A DNA stretch of 64,000 nucleotides from Acidimicrobiia bacterium (lineage in GTDB: Bacteria > Actinomycetota > Acidimicrobiia > Spongiisociales > ZC4RG35): contig OZ242375.1 in NCBI GenBank assembly GCA_965209025.1, positions 2,261,380 to 2,325,379 on the forward strand. The letters run 5' to 3'. Positions 43,281-51,361 of the stretch are shown in pieces. Both the position numbers and the translations under genes were made by a program. Each line of letters begins with the position of its first letter. The stretch's first letter is position 1. The notes beneath the pieces are model-generated. The model saw only the letters and a list, made by a program, of their open reading frames with translations. It was not told the DNA's origin and did not search any database.

Positions 43281-44344
43281 GTCAACCATCCTTTGTAGTC
43301 GAGGTCGAAGCCGAACGCCCTTGGTCCCGCCACCTCCAACATTCCCTCCTGATGCCATTCGGGAGCACAGGGCAGGCCCACCACATTCACCCGCTGGCCA
43401 TACCCGAGCGTCTCGGTGTTGATAGGGATGGCCGTCTCGGCGTCCAGGATGCAGATCAGATCGGGCACGGTCACCACCGGCTCACCATTCTCCCAAGCCA
43501 CAAGGAACTCGTTCTGGATGGCAACTTGCATCACCCGCTCCGCGTTGTCCCTGGACTCGATGGTGACAGTGCCCTTCGAGAATCCCTCAGTGGTCTCGCG
43601 GTGGACGTCGGAGATCACGCCGGAGAAGATGATCCTCCCATCGGAGGCGGAAAGGAAACGACCATAGGCGCCTTCCTCCCCCCGCTGGACGGCAGCTAAG
43701 AGGCGCCCTAGTTCCATGCAGTAGGTCACCGATCCGGTAATGGCGTGTTTTATCACCGAGGAAGCGTTCATGGAGTAGCTGGAGAAGGCGTTGGCGAGGG
43801 TGAGCGACATCACCGCTCCCCGGACCAGGGTCTCGCCCAACTGGTTGGTGTTGGTCTCGAAGACACAGAGGTTGCCTTTCTCGTCAGCCACCGACATGGG
43901 CGAGGCCTTGATGCCGGCCAGAGTGAAGACGGTCATCTCGACTTGTGGAAACGCCCGCCTCATGCCGTCGGCATCCACCACCGGGAGCCCCATCTCGGCT
44001 GCGACCGCCATGGGGACGAGAGTGTTGAAGCCGCCCACTTCGATGGGCATCAGGGCGACGGGAGCGCGGCCCAGGTAGGATGCCAGGGCCTCGATGGCCG
44101 CCACGAACTCGGTTCCGGCCGGGATTTTCTCCAGGAGCACCGTGGGCGCACCTACCACCGCCACGGTCATCACCAGTCCGTCGGCAGGGAGTTCCCGGGC
44201 GTCGACGATGCCCACCGGCCCGTAGGTGCTAATCGCCTGCCGCAGCATAAGACGGGCCACGTAGGGGTCGCCGCCTCCACCTGTTCCGAGCAGCGTCGCT
44301 CCCAAGGCGAGATCGTCGACCTGATCAAGGGTGAGGGTTTTCAT
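43277..44344 (-). CDS. DUF917 family protein
   Basis: 355 aa. LGATLLGTGGGGDPY, PIEVGGFN and VVDADGMRRAFP are characteristic blocks of DUF917 (PF06032) as I recall it. This family is typically found next to HyuA-like genes. Confidence 0.75.
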   Translation of the reverse strand: MKTLTLDQVDDLALGATLLGTGGGGDPYVARLMLRQAISTYGPVGIVDARELPADGLVMTVAVVGAPTVLLEKIPAGTEFVAAIEALASYLGRAPVALMPIEVGGFNTLVPMAVAAEMGLPVVDADGMRRAFPQVEMTVFTLAGIKASPMSVADEKGNLCVFETNTNQLGETLVRGAVMSLTLANAFSSYSMNASSVIKHAITGSVTYCMELGRLLAAVQRGEEGAYGRFLSASDGRIIFSGVISDVHRETTEGFSKGTVTIESRDNAERVMQVAIQNEFLVAWENGEPVVTVPDLICILDAETAIPINTETLGYGQRVNVVGLPCAPEWHQEGMLEVAGPRAFGFDLDYKGWLT

Positions 44345-44367
44345 GTTCTGTATTCCTTTTCGCCTTT

Positions 44368-45327
44368 CTATGTTCTTTTGTTCTTGGTCCAGTTGTCAAC
44401 GGCCACCGCCGCCACGATGACGCTTCCTTGAATAAGCCGTTGGATGATCGGATCGATCTGGCGGAGGTTGAACCCGTTGATGATCAATGCGATGAACAGG
44501 GCGCCGAACACCGTTCGCCACACCGCTCCATCTCCGCCGGCGATGGAAGTTCCCCCCACAATGACGGCCGCCAGGACCGCGAAAACGAAACCGAAGTGGT
44601 CGCTGGGCTGGGCAGCGAGAGTCCGAGACGCCGAAAGAGCGCCCGCCAGTCCCGCCGCGGCACCCACCAGCACGAAGGTCACCATTGTGATTGACTTGAC
44701 GCGTATCCCTGCCAGCCGAGCGGCCTCCACGGCGCCGCCGATGGCGAACACATGGCGACCGAATTTGGTTCGCGACAACATAATCCAGAACACCGCTACT
44801 ACGACCACAGCAATCCATGTGGCCTTGGTGAGTCCGAGGATGCGTCCCCTGGCTATCTCCGAAAAGGCTGTGTCGCGGATGCGAATGATGCTCCGATCGC
44901 TTATCAGGAATCCGATTCCGTAGAAAACGAATGAAGTGGCGAGGGTGGCGATAAACGAGTTGACCCGGATCCAGGCCACGACTGCTCCGTTCACCAGTCC
45001 GTACAGGGCTCCGATGGCGACACCTGCAAGAAGGCCCAGAGCGCCGTTCCCGGTGGCATTTACGGTGAGAGCCGTGAGGATGCCGGCGTTGATGAAGCTG
45101 GCCGAGATGGAGATGTCGAAATTACCCCCGATCAGGGTAAGGGTCATCGCCGCCCCAGCTATGAGAAGAAGAGACTGCTGATCGAGGATGTTGCGAAGAT
45201 TGGCGGAGGAGAGGAAAGCCTCGGTGGTTAGGCCCAGCAATGCGAAGAGGGCGACGGTTATCCAGATTATCCCGTAGTCGGTGAGGAGCGATAAGCGGCG
45301 CGGGGTGGGAGTTGCGGGCTGCGTCAT
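44368..45327 (-). CDS. ABC permease, ribose/monosaccharide (CUT2, RbsC-like) type
   Basis: The ATG at 45327 (MTQPATPTPRRLSLLTDYGIIWITVALF) overlaps the ATPase stop (ATGA). It has a BPD_transp_2-like profile of about 10 TM helices. Confidence 0.8.
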   Translation of the reverse strand: MTQPATPTPRRLSLLTDYGIIWITVALFALLGLTTEAFLSSANLRNILDQQSLLLIAGAAMTLTLIGGNFDISISASFINAGILTALTVNATGNGALGLLAGVAIGALYGLVNGAVVAWIRVNSFIATLATSFVFYGIGFLISDRSIIRIRDTAFSEIARGRILGLTKATWIAVVVVAVFWIMLSRTKFGRHVFAIGGAVEAARLAGIRVKSITMVTFVLVGAAAGLAGALSASRTLAAQPSDHFGFVFAVLAAVIVGGTSIAGGDGAVWRTVFGALFIALIINGFNLRQIDPIIQRLIQGSVIVAAVAVDNWTKNKRT

Positions 45328-46823
45328 GCTGGCGGGGCTCCGAAAGCCAGGGTCATGACATCCGTTTCGGTGGCCCCTTCCCCGCAAAGCTCTCCGACTA
45401 TACGGCCACCCCACATGACGATGATCCGATGTGCAAGGCCCAAGGCTTCTTCCAGTTCGGAAGAGACCAAAAGCACGGCTATGCCCTGGGAAGCGAGTTC
45501 CACCAACAGGTTGTAGATTCCCCGCTTCGCTCCCACATCGACCCCTCGAGTGGGCTCGTCGGCGATGAACAGGTGAGGCTGGGAGACCAGCCACCGTCCA
45601 AAGAGGGCCTTTTGCTGGTTACCCCCCGACAGTTGGAATGTTCGGGTTTCGATAGTTGCGCCAGTCAGCCCGACCGCCTCGGCAATCCCCTGGGCGACCG
45701 AGGACTCTCTGCCGGAGCGCACCACTCCCCCGAGAGTGACAAAGCGGGCAAGATGGGCCAGGGTTATGTTGGCGCGCACCGGAAGCAGCGGGAGTAGCCC
45801 CTGCGTGGAGCGTGATTCGGGGACCATAGCCACTCCCGCTCGAATCGCTTGGCGAGGCGAACAGGGTCGATAGGGATTCCCGTTCAGGTGCATCGAACCG
45901 CTGGTTGGGGGGTCGGCGCCGAACAGTGCACGGGCGAGCTCACTTCTGCCCGAGCCCACCAAACCGGCCAGGGTGACGATCTCCCCGGCGCGGATCTCGA
46001 AACTCACGTTTTCAAATGATCCCGTCCTGGTCAGATCCCGAACCGCAAGCACGGCCGGAGCTCCATGTCTGGGGAATTGTCTTGCCGGGAAGACGGTATC
46101 GAGACTTCTTCCGACAATGCCTTCGATCAAACTGGACCGTGACTCGGTTCGGGTAGGCGTGGTGCGCACAACCGCGCCGTCACGCATGATCGTGACGTAA
46201 TCGGAGATGGCGAGTACCTCATCCAGGAAATGGGAGATGTAAACCACGGTGACACCTTTTTCGGACAGTTTCTGGATCGTTTTTCTGAGGTTGGCGGCCT
46301 CGATGGATGAGAGGCGGGCGGTCGGCTCGTCCATGACGATCAGATTGGCGTCGCGGGCCAGGGAGCGTAGGATTTCCACCTTTTGTTGGTCGGCCACCGA
46401 CAGTGTGGACACCGGTTGGTCGGGGGGCACTTGGATACCGTACTCCTCCACCAGGTCTTCGAACCGGGCGCGGGTAGCGGCATGGTCAACCACCGGACCC
46501 CGTGTATGTTCGATTCCGAGATAGATGTTCGCTGCCGCTGACAGTTTTGGAACCAGCGACAGCTCCTGGGCGACCAAGGTGATTCCCAGAGCCAGGGCGT
46601 CCCGGGGCGACCTGAAGGCAACATGATTTCCCCTCACCGCCATGCTGCCCTCATCGGGGGAGAGCACTCCGGTGATGATTTTGCCCAGGGTGGTTTTACC
46701 TGCGCCGTTCTCGCCCACCAGTGCGTGGACGGCGCCTGCTTTTATCCTGACATCTACCGAGTTGAGTGCCACGGCGCCACCAAATCTTTTCGTGGCGCCG
46801 CGCACCTCTATGTGTGGTTTCAC
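45324..46823 (-). CDS. Sugar-type ABC ATP-binding protein with duplicated ATPase domains (RbsA/MglA-like)
   Basis: 499 aa. Walker A GENGAGKTT, with a second nucleotide-binding domain (GLVGSGRSE, LSGGNQQK, FIADEPTRGVD). Confidence 0.9.
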   Translation of the reverse strand: MKPHIEVRGATKRFGGAVALNSVDVRIKAGAVHALVGENGAGKTTLGKIITGVLSPDEGSMAVRGNHVAFRSPRDALALGITLVAQELSLVPKLSAAANIYLGIEHTRGPVVDHAATRARFEDLVEEYGIQVPPDQPVSTLSVADQQKVEILRSLARDANLIVMDEPTARLSSIEAANLRKTIQKLSEKGVTVVYISHFLDEVLAISDYVTIMRDGAVVRTTPTRTESRSSLIEGIVGRSLDTVFPARQFPRHGAPAVLAVRDLTRTGSFENVSFEIRAGEIVTLAGLVGSGRSELARALFGADPPTSGSMHLNGNPYRPCSPRQAIRAGVAMVPESRSTQGLLPLLPVRANITLAHLARFVTLGGVVRSGRESSVAQGIAEAVGLTGATIETRTFQLSGGNQQKALFGRWLVSQPHLFIADEPTRGVDVGAKRGIYNLLVELASQGIAVLLVSSELEEALGLAHRIIVMWGGRIVGELCGEGATETDVMTLAFGAPPA

Positions 46824-46889
46824 GGGTGAGTCAGACTACGACTTATCCGTCCCACTGGGCTTCGAAGTCCTCCACGTTGTCCTGAGTCA

Positions 46890-47939
46890 TCAACCCCTGT
46901 GGGGCACGCTGAGTGAGGGGTCCACACCGCCCCGATCGACTCCGGCCAATGCGTCCACCATTGCCTCCATGGCAAGCTGGCCTTCCGTGTAGGGTGCGCC
47001 GTAGAAGCCGCCCCACCACCGGCCGTCGGCCACCGCGTTGACAGCATAGGAGCTACCCCCGAAGCCGATAATCCGAATGCCTTCGACTCCCGCCTCGCGG
47101 ATGGCGATCTCCGCACCCTGCATGGATTGATCAGCGCCGAGCAGCACATTGATGTCAGAGGTCATGACCAGAATGTCCTGCATGGCGGCGAGCCCCACAT
47201 CAGGACCGAGATACTGACCTTCGCCCTCGGCGACTACCGTGACAGAGGACCCTGCGACCACATCGTCCCAGCCTGCCCGTATGGCCTCATCGAGTGGTAT
47301 ACCCCTTATGCCATAGAAATACACCACATTGCACGGATCGAAGTCGGCGCAGGCGGCCAGTGTCAAATCGCCGATTCTTGTTCCGCGCAGATAGGGCGGT
47401 TCGAATACCGCCGCTGCCTGGCCCTCGACTTGTGGTTCGACAGTGCTGAGGTCCTCTCCGACCACCTGATTCAGAGTTACGACCTCGATCCCGGCGTCCA
47501 GTGCATCAAGGATATCCGGTATCGCGGCGGCGCCGGTGAGGGCCACCAGGACAATGCCGTCATATCGCCCGGCGGTGATGGCGTCCTGGAACTGCTGTTG
47601 TTGCAAGGCGGGATCGAACTGGGCGTCGAATTCCGTTATCTCGATGTTGTTGGCGGCGGCCACTTCCTCCATCGCTCTTCGGGAAGCTGCCAGCCAAGTG
47701 TTGGCGGAACTCGCTGACAGATAGGCAACCTGCCGTGGTTCGGCCGGTGCTTCCGTGGTGGTTGTGGTAGGTGCTGCGGTCGTGGAGGTAGCTGGGGCCG
47801 CCGTTGTTGTGGTTGTGGGCGCAGCGGTGGTGGGAGTGTCAGCAGTGGAAGGTGCTTCGCTTGTTTCCTCTCCGCAGGCAGCCGCTACCAGCATGATGGC
47901 CGCCAGTAGCCATGTTGATTTTGCTTTGGGGAATCGCAT
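46890..47939 (-). CDS. ABC substrate-binding lipoprotein, periplasmic binding protein family 1 (RbsB-like)
   Basis: The start is taken at MRFPKAKSTWLLAAIMLVAAACGEE (lipobox). A Thr/Ala/Pro linker precedes a Peripla_BP_4-like body. Confidence 0.8.
   Translation of the reverse strand: MRFPKAKSTWLLAAIMLVAAACGEETSEAPSTADTPTTAAPTTTTTAAPATSTTAAPTTTTTEAPAEPRQVAYLSASSANTWLAASRRAMEEVAAANNIEITEFDAQFDPALQQQQFQDAITAGRYDGIVLVALTGAAAIPDILDALDAGIEVVTLNQVVGEDLSTVEPQVEGQAAAVFEPPYLRGTRIGDLTLAACADFDPCNVVYFYGIRGIPLDEAIRAGWDDVVAGSSVTVVAEGEGQYLGPDVGLAAMQDILVMTSDINVLLGADQSMQGAEIAIREAGVEGIRIIGFGGSSYAVNAVADGRWWGGFYGAPYTEGQLAMEAMVDALAGVDRGGVDPSLSVPHRG
47736..47861 (-). repeat. Thr/Ala/Pro linker coding region
   Basis: Encodes SEAPSTADTPTTAAPTTTTTAAPATSTTAAPTTTTTEAPAEP directly after the lipobox Cys. 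Confidence 0.8.
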
Positions 47940-48013
47940 TCGTTTCTTCTCCAATCTGTCAGCCAGGTGTGGCACATACCGTTCGGGCTTGAACGTCGGT
48001 CTAGAGAGTGCGC

Positions 48014-48045
48014 AAGATATTAGTACAGATATCAAGAAATATCTT
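48014..48045. promoter_or_regulatory. Nested inverted/direct repeats (AGATAT half-sites) in an AT-rich divergent promoter region; candidate operator
   Basis: AAGATAT (48014..48020) and ATATCTT (48039..48045) are perfect inverted repeats flanking a central AGATATC (48027..48033). The half-sites recur with a 12-nt spacing. The element lies in the conspicuously AT-rich gap between the SBP start (47939, -) and the pncA start (48180, +). Confidence 0.45.
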
Positions 48046-48179
48046 AGTGTAATCTCCTTAACATTAGGTATACACCCTTTTTATTCAGTAAAACCAAAAA
48101 GGAACTGATGACATCCCTCGCTTGGGGATTACGGGGTTGAACCCTCGATTGTGGCCAGGTACGCTTATGCCCTGAGATC

Positions 48180-48764
48180 ATGAGCCGGTTGTCCCCTCAA
48201 ACCGCGTTGGTGGTGGTGGATGTTCAGAACGACTTCGCCGACCCGGAAGGGTCCCTCTATGTCAGCGGGGCCGGGAAGGTGGTGGAAGCGGTGAACAGGC
48301 TGGTGGAGAAGGCGCAGGAAGAGGGGTGGCCGGTGTTCTACACACAGGACTGGCATCCGGAGACCACCCCCCACTTCGCCAAGGACGGGGGGATATGGCC
48401 GGTGCACTGCGTGGGCGGGTCCCGGGGAGCGGACTTCCATCCCGACCTGGTGGTCGAGGGTGTTTCGGTGAAGAAGGGCGGCGCCGGGGAGGACGGCTAC
48501 TCGGGGTTCACCATGCGGGACCTGGTGGAAGCCGAGGATCGCCCGACCGCCCTGCATTCCCTTCTGCAGGAAAGGAACATCGCCAGGGTGGTGGTGGTGG
48601 GGCTGGCTCTCGACTACTGCGTGAAGGACACCGCTCTGGACGCCGTTCGTCTTGGATATGAAGTGGAGGTGCCCCTGGACGCCACCGCCGCGGTCAACCT
48701 CTCCCCTGACGACGGGGATAAATCGATCGCTGCTCTGCAGGCAGCGGGGGTCTCAGTTAGCTGA
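48180..48764 (+). CDS. pncA: Nicotinamidase/pyrazinamidase (isochorismatase family)
   Basis: VVVDVQNDF, QDWHP, VHCV, and VVVVGLALDYCVKDTALDA (catalytic Cys). Confidence 0.85.
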   Translation: MSRLSPQTALVVVDVQNDFADPEGSLYVSGAGKVVEAVNRLVEKAQEEGWPVFYTQDWHPETTPHFAKDGGIWPVHCVGGSRGADFHPDLVVEGVSVKKGGAGEDGYSGFTMRDLVEAEDRPTALHSLLQERNIARVVVVGLALDYCVKDTALDAVRLGYEVEVPLDATAAVNLSPDDGDKSIAALQAAGVSVS

Positions 48765-50343
48765 GACCTGCAAAACGACGGGCCAGTAGGCGGCGGTAAG
48801 TGCTCCAGAGAGGGTTCTCGGTGGGCCGCAGCGTGGGGAACAGGATCACGTCACGGATGTGGCTCCGGCCGGTCAACAGCATCACCAGCCTGTCCACGCC
48901 CAGACCCAGTCCCCCTGTCGGGGGCATCCCGTATGCCAGAGCCAGGACGAATTCCTCATCCACCGGGTGAAGTTCGGGGTCATCCGCTCCAAGAAGGGAA
49001 GCCTGGTTCTCGAATCGTGACAACTGGTCCACCGGGTCGTTCAGCTCGGAGAACGCGTTGGCGAATTCCACTCCGGCAATGAACAACTCGAAACGCTCGG
49101 TGAGACGGGGTTCCCGCCGGTGGCGACGGGCGAGAGGGGAGACTTCCAGGGGATAGTCGACCACGAACGTGGGTTCCCACAGCCCTGGGGCGGAAAGACG
49201 GTCGAACAGTTCGTAGACGATCCGGCCGGCGCCCCACTCCTCCCGGGTCTCGACTCCCCGGCCTGCCGCCATCTCACCCAGGATGCGCGGTTCGGTGTCG
49301 AGGGTGACCTCCTCTCCCATCTCCCCGCTCACCAGGTCAAGCATCGAGATCTTGCGGAAGGGAGGTTCGAGGGAGAGGGGCCTGGACGGTTCGTCGGCGG
49401 CCTCCCGGCCGACCAGGGTGGCGCCGGTCGCTGCCCTGGCCACGGCGGGGATCACCTCTTCGACCAGGTCCATAACGTCCCGGTAGTCGGCGAACGCCTG
49501 ATATGACTCCAGCATGGTGAACTCGGGATTGTGGGAGGAGTCCACTCCCTCGTTGCGGAAGATACGCCCGACCTCGAATACCCGCTCGAACCCCCCGACA
49601 ACGAGACGCTTCAAGTACAGTTCGGTGGCGATCCGCATGTAAAGCTCTATGTCCAAGGCGTTGTGGTGGGTCCGGAAAGGACGGGCGGCAGCGCCCGCCG
49701 CCCGGGAGGTGAGAATGGGAGTGTCCACTTCCAAGAAGCCTCGCTGGTGGAACTGGTTGCGGAGTTCCGCCACCACCGCGGACCGGATCTCGAAGGTCTG
49801 CCGGCTGTCGGGGTTGACCACCAGGTCCAGGTGACGGTGCCGGGAGCGCTGCTCGACATCCCTCAGACCCTTCCACTTCTCGGGGAGCGGGGCAAGGCAC
49901 TTGGCCAGAAGCGTCAGTTGTTCCACACCGATGGAGAGTTCCCCCCGGCGGGTGGTGATCACCTCTCCGGTGGCGCCCACCCAATCACCCAGATCCAGAT
50001 GGGGCAGCAGTTCGGCGGACTCGGCCGCAAGGTGGTCGCCGGAGATAAAGAGTTGGAGGTCGCCGGTTTGATCGGAAAGGGTGATGAACACCAGCCGTCC
50101 AAAGTCGCGGACCAGTCGGACCCGTCCTGCAACCGCCGCCGTCCGTCCGGTCCTGGCGTCAGCTTCGAGATGTCCGTAAGACTCCCGGATCTCCCGGGTC
50201 GAGTGGGTCCGTTCGAACCTTGCGGGCCATACGTCCACGTCCCGCGCCGACAGGTCTTCCAGGTCTCCGAGGCGTTTCCGTACCACCTTCTCCCACAGGC
50301 CCGCCGACCCAGGATCCGGCTGTGTGGTGCCTTCATTGTCCAT
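48757..50343 (-). CDS. lysS: Lysine--tRNA ligase (class II)
   Basis: 528 aa. OB-fold N-domain (GRVRLVRDFGRLVFITLSDQTGDLQLF). Class II motifs FRNEG (motif 2 region) and GGLGLGVDRLVMLL (motif 3). Confidence 0.9.
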   Translation of the reverse strand: MDNEGTTQPDPGSAGLWEKVVRKRLGDLEDLSARDVDVWPARFERTHSTREIRESYGHLEADARTGRTAAVAGRVRLVRDFGRLVFITLSDQTGDLQLFISGDHLAAESAELLPHLDLGDWVGATGEVITTRRGELSIGVEQLTLLAKCLAPLPEKWKGLRDVEQRSRHRHLDLVVNPDSRQTFEIRSAVVAELRNQFHQRGFLEVDTPILTSRAAGAAARPFRTHHNALDIELYMRIATELYLKRLVVGGFERVFEVGRIFRNEGVDSSHNPEFTMLESYQAFADYRDVMDLVEEVIPAVARAATGATLVGREAADEPSRPLSLEPPFRKISMLDLVSGEMGEEVTLDTEPRILGEMAAGRGVETREEWGAGRIVYELFDRLSAPGLWEPTFVVDYPLEVSPLARRHRREPRLTERFELFIAGVEFANAFSELNDPVDQLSRFENQASLLGADDPELHPVDEEFVLALAYGMPPTGGLGLGVDRLVMLLTGRSHIRDVILFPTLRPTENPLWSTYRRLLARRFAGLS

Positions 50344-50404
50344 TGAGCATCAACCTAGTAGACGATTACCTGAAGAATGAAAGCATGAGAGTCGCGCCCC
50401 ATAC

Positions 50405-50550
50405 GAAAGTAACCGACCCGCCCCCGGGAGGGGAGGGAGGGCGGGCCGGTTGAGTGCCTGCCGCCCCGGGAGGGGTGGAGGGCGGGCAGGCTTCCCGCCG
50501 GTCTTCCGGGAGGGGACGGGGAAGGCCGGCAGGTGGTTTGGTTTGTGGGT
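50405..50550 (-). ncRNA. Candidate structured RNA: three tandem GC-rich hairpins with C-rich loops (6C-like sRNA or lysS 5' leader)
   Basis: Plus-strand hairpin coordinates are 50494..50533, 50457..50490 and 50417..50445. Each loop carries CCCCUCCCGG on the minus-sense RNA (plus-strand CCGGGAGGGG at 50506..50515, 50466..50475 and 50424..50433). The hairpins lie directly downstream of a near-consensus promoter. The ends are estimated. Confidence 0.5.
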
Positions 50551-50553
50551 GAA

Positions 50554-50582
50554 ATAATAGACGGTATCGGGAGGTATGTCAA
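50554..50582 (-). promoter_or_regulatory. Near-consensus sigma-70-type promoter (TTGACA-17 nt-TATTAT)
   Basis: The minus-strand sequence is TTGACA (50582..50577), the spacer TACCTCCCGATACCGTC (17 nt), then TATTAT (50559..50554). It starts 11 nt after the coaX TAA stop. Confidence 0.6.
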
Positions 50583-50593
50583 CTGGAGGGGAA

Positions 50594-51361
50594 TTAAGAA
50601 TTCAGCTCGAGCACGAGCAACAATCCTCCCAGGGTGAGGTCGTCTTCTATGTCCGTGATCGTCTCACAGACCGGCCCCAGCAGCCTCGCCAGGCCCCCGG
50701 TCGCCACCACCGGCAGAGCCCCGAGCCTGTTTTCGGCGCAGATCCGCCTTACCAGGCCGTCCACCAGACCGGCCCATCCGAACACCAGTCCGCTCTGAAC
50801 GGCTTCGGTGGTGTTGCGCCCGGTGGCCCGGTTGGGCCGGGTCAGTTCCACTCTCCGGAGCGCGGAGGCCGCAGCGGCCAGGGCGTCTCCGGCCACCTGT
50901 ATCCCGGGAGCGATGGCTCCTCCGCAGTAGGAGCCCGAGGCGTCGATCACATCCACGGTGGTGGCTGTTCCGAAGTCGACCACCAGTACGGGGGCGCCGT
51001 ACAACTCCACCGCCCCGATGGCGTTGGCCACCCGGTCGGCGCCGACCTCCCGGGGGTTGTCGATGCGGATCTCCATGCCGGTGCGGGTCCCGGGCCCCAC
51101 CACCACCAGGGGCCCGTTCACCATCTCGGTGAGCACCGGGCGTATGGCGGGTACGGCGGTGGGCACGACGCTGGACAGCGCCGCTCCATCCAGGGGTTGG
51201 GGGATGCCGGAGAGAAGCCCGGAGAGGAGGATGCGGTACTCGTCGGTGGTGCGGGAAGTCTCGGTCGAGATGCGCCAGCGGTGTTCCAAGGATCGGCCGC
51301 GGTAAGCCCCGATCACGGTCTGGGTGTTGCCGATGTCCACTGCTAAACGCATGCCCTTCAC
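50594..51361 (-). CDS. coaX: Type III pantothenate kinase
   Basis: MRLAVDIGNTQTVIG, VVDFGTATTVD and GGLA blocks. The start may be the ATG at 51352 (MRLAVD). Confidence 0.85.
   Translation of the reverse strand: MKGMRLAVDIGNTQTVIGAYRGRSLEHRWRISTETSRTTDEYRILLSGLLSGIPQPLDGAALSSVVPTAVPAIRPVLTEMVNGPLVVVGPGTRTGMEIRIDNPREVGADRVANAIGAVELYGAPVLVVDFGTATTVDVIDASGSYCGGAIAPGIQVAGDALAAAASALRRVELTRPNRATGRNTTEAVQSGLVFGWAGLVDGLVRRICAENRLGALPVVATGGLARLLGPVCETITDIEDDLTLGGLLLVLELNS

Noticed and set aside
50355-50582. 75-aa minus-strand ORF across the coaX-lysS gap
   Set aside because: The sequence is low-complexity Pro/Gly/Arg/Ser and is generated by the three GC-rich hairpin repeats. I interpret the region as RNA structure, not protein.
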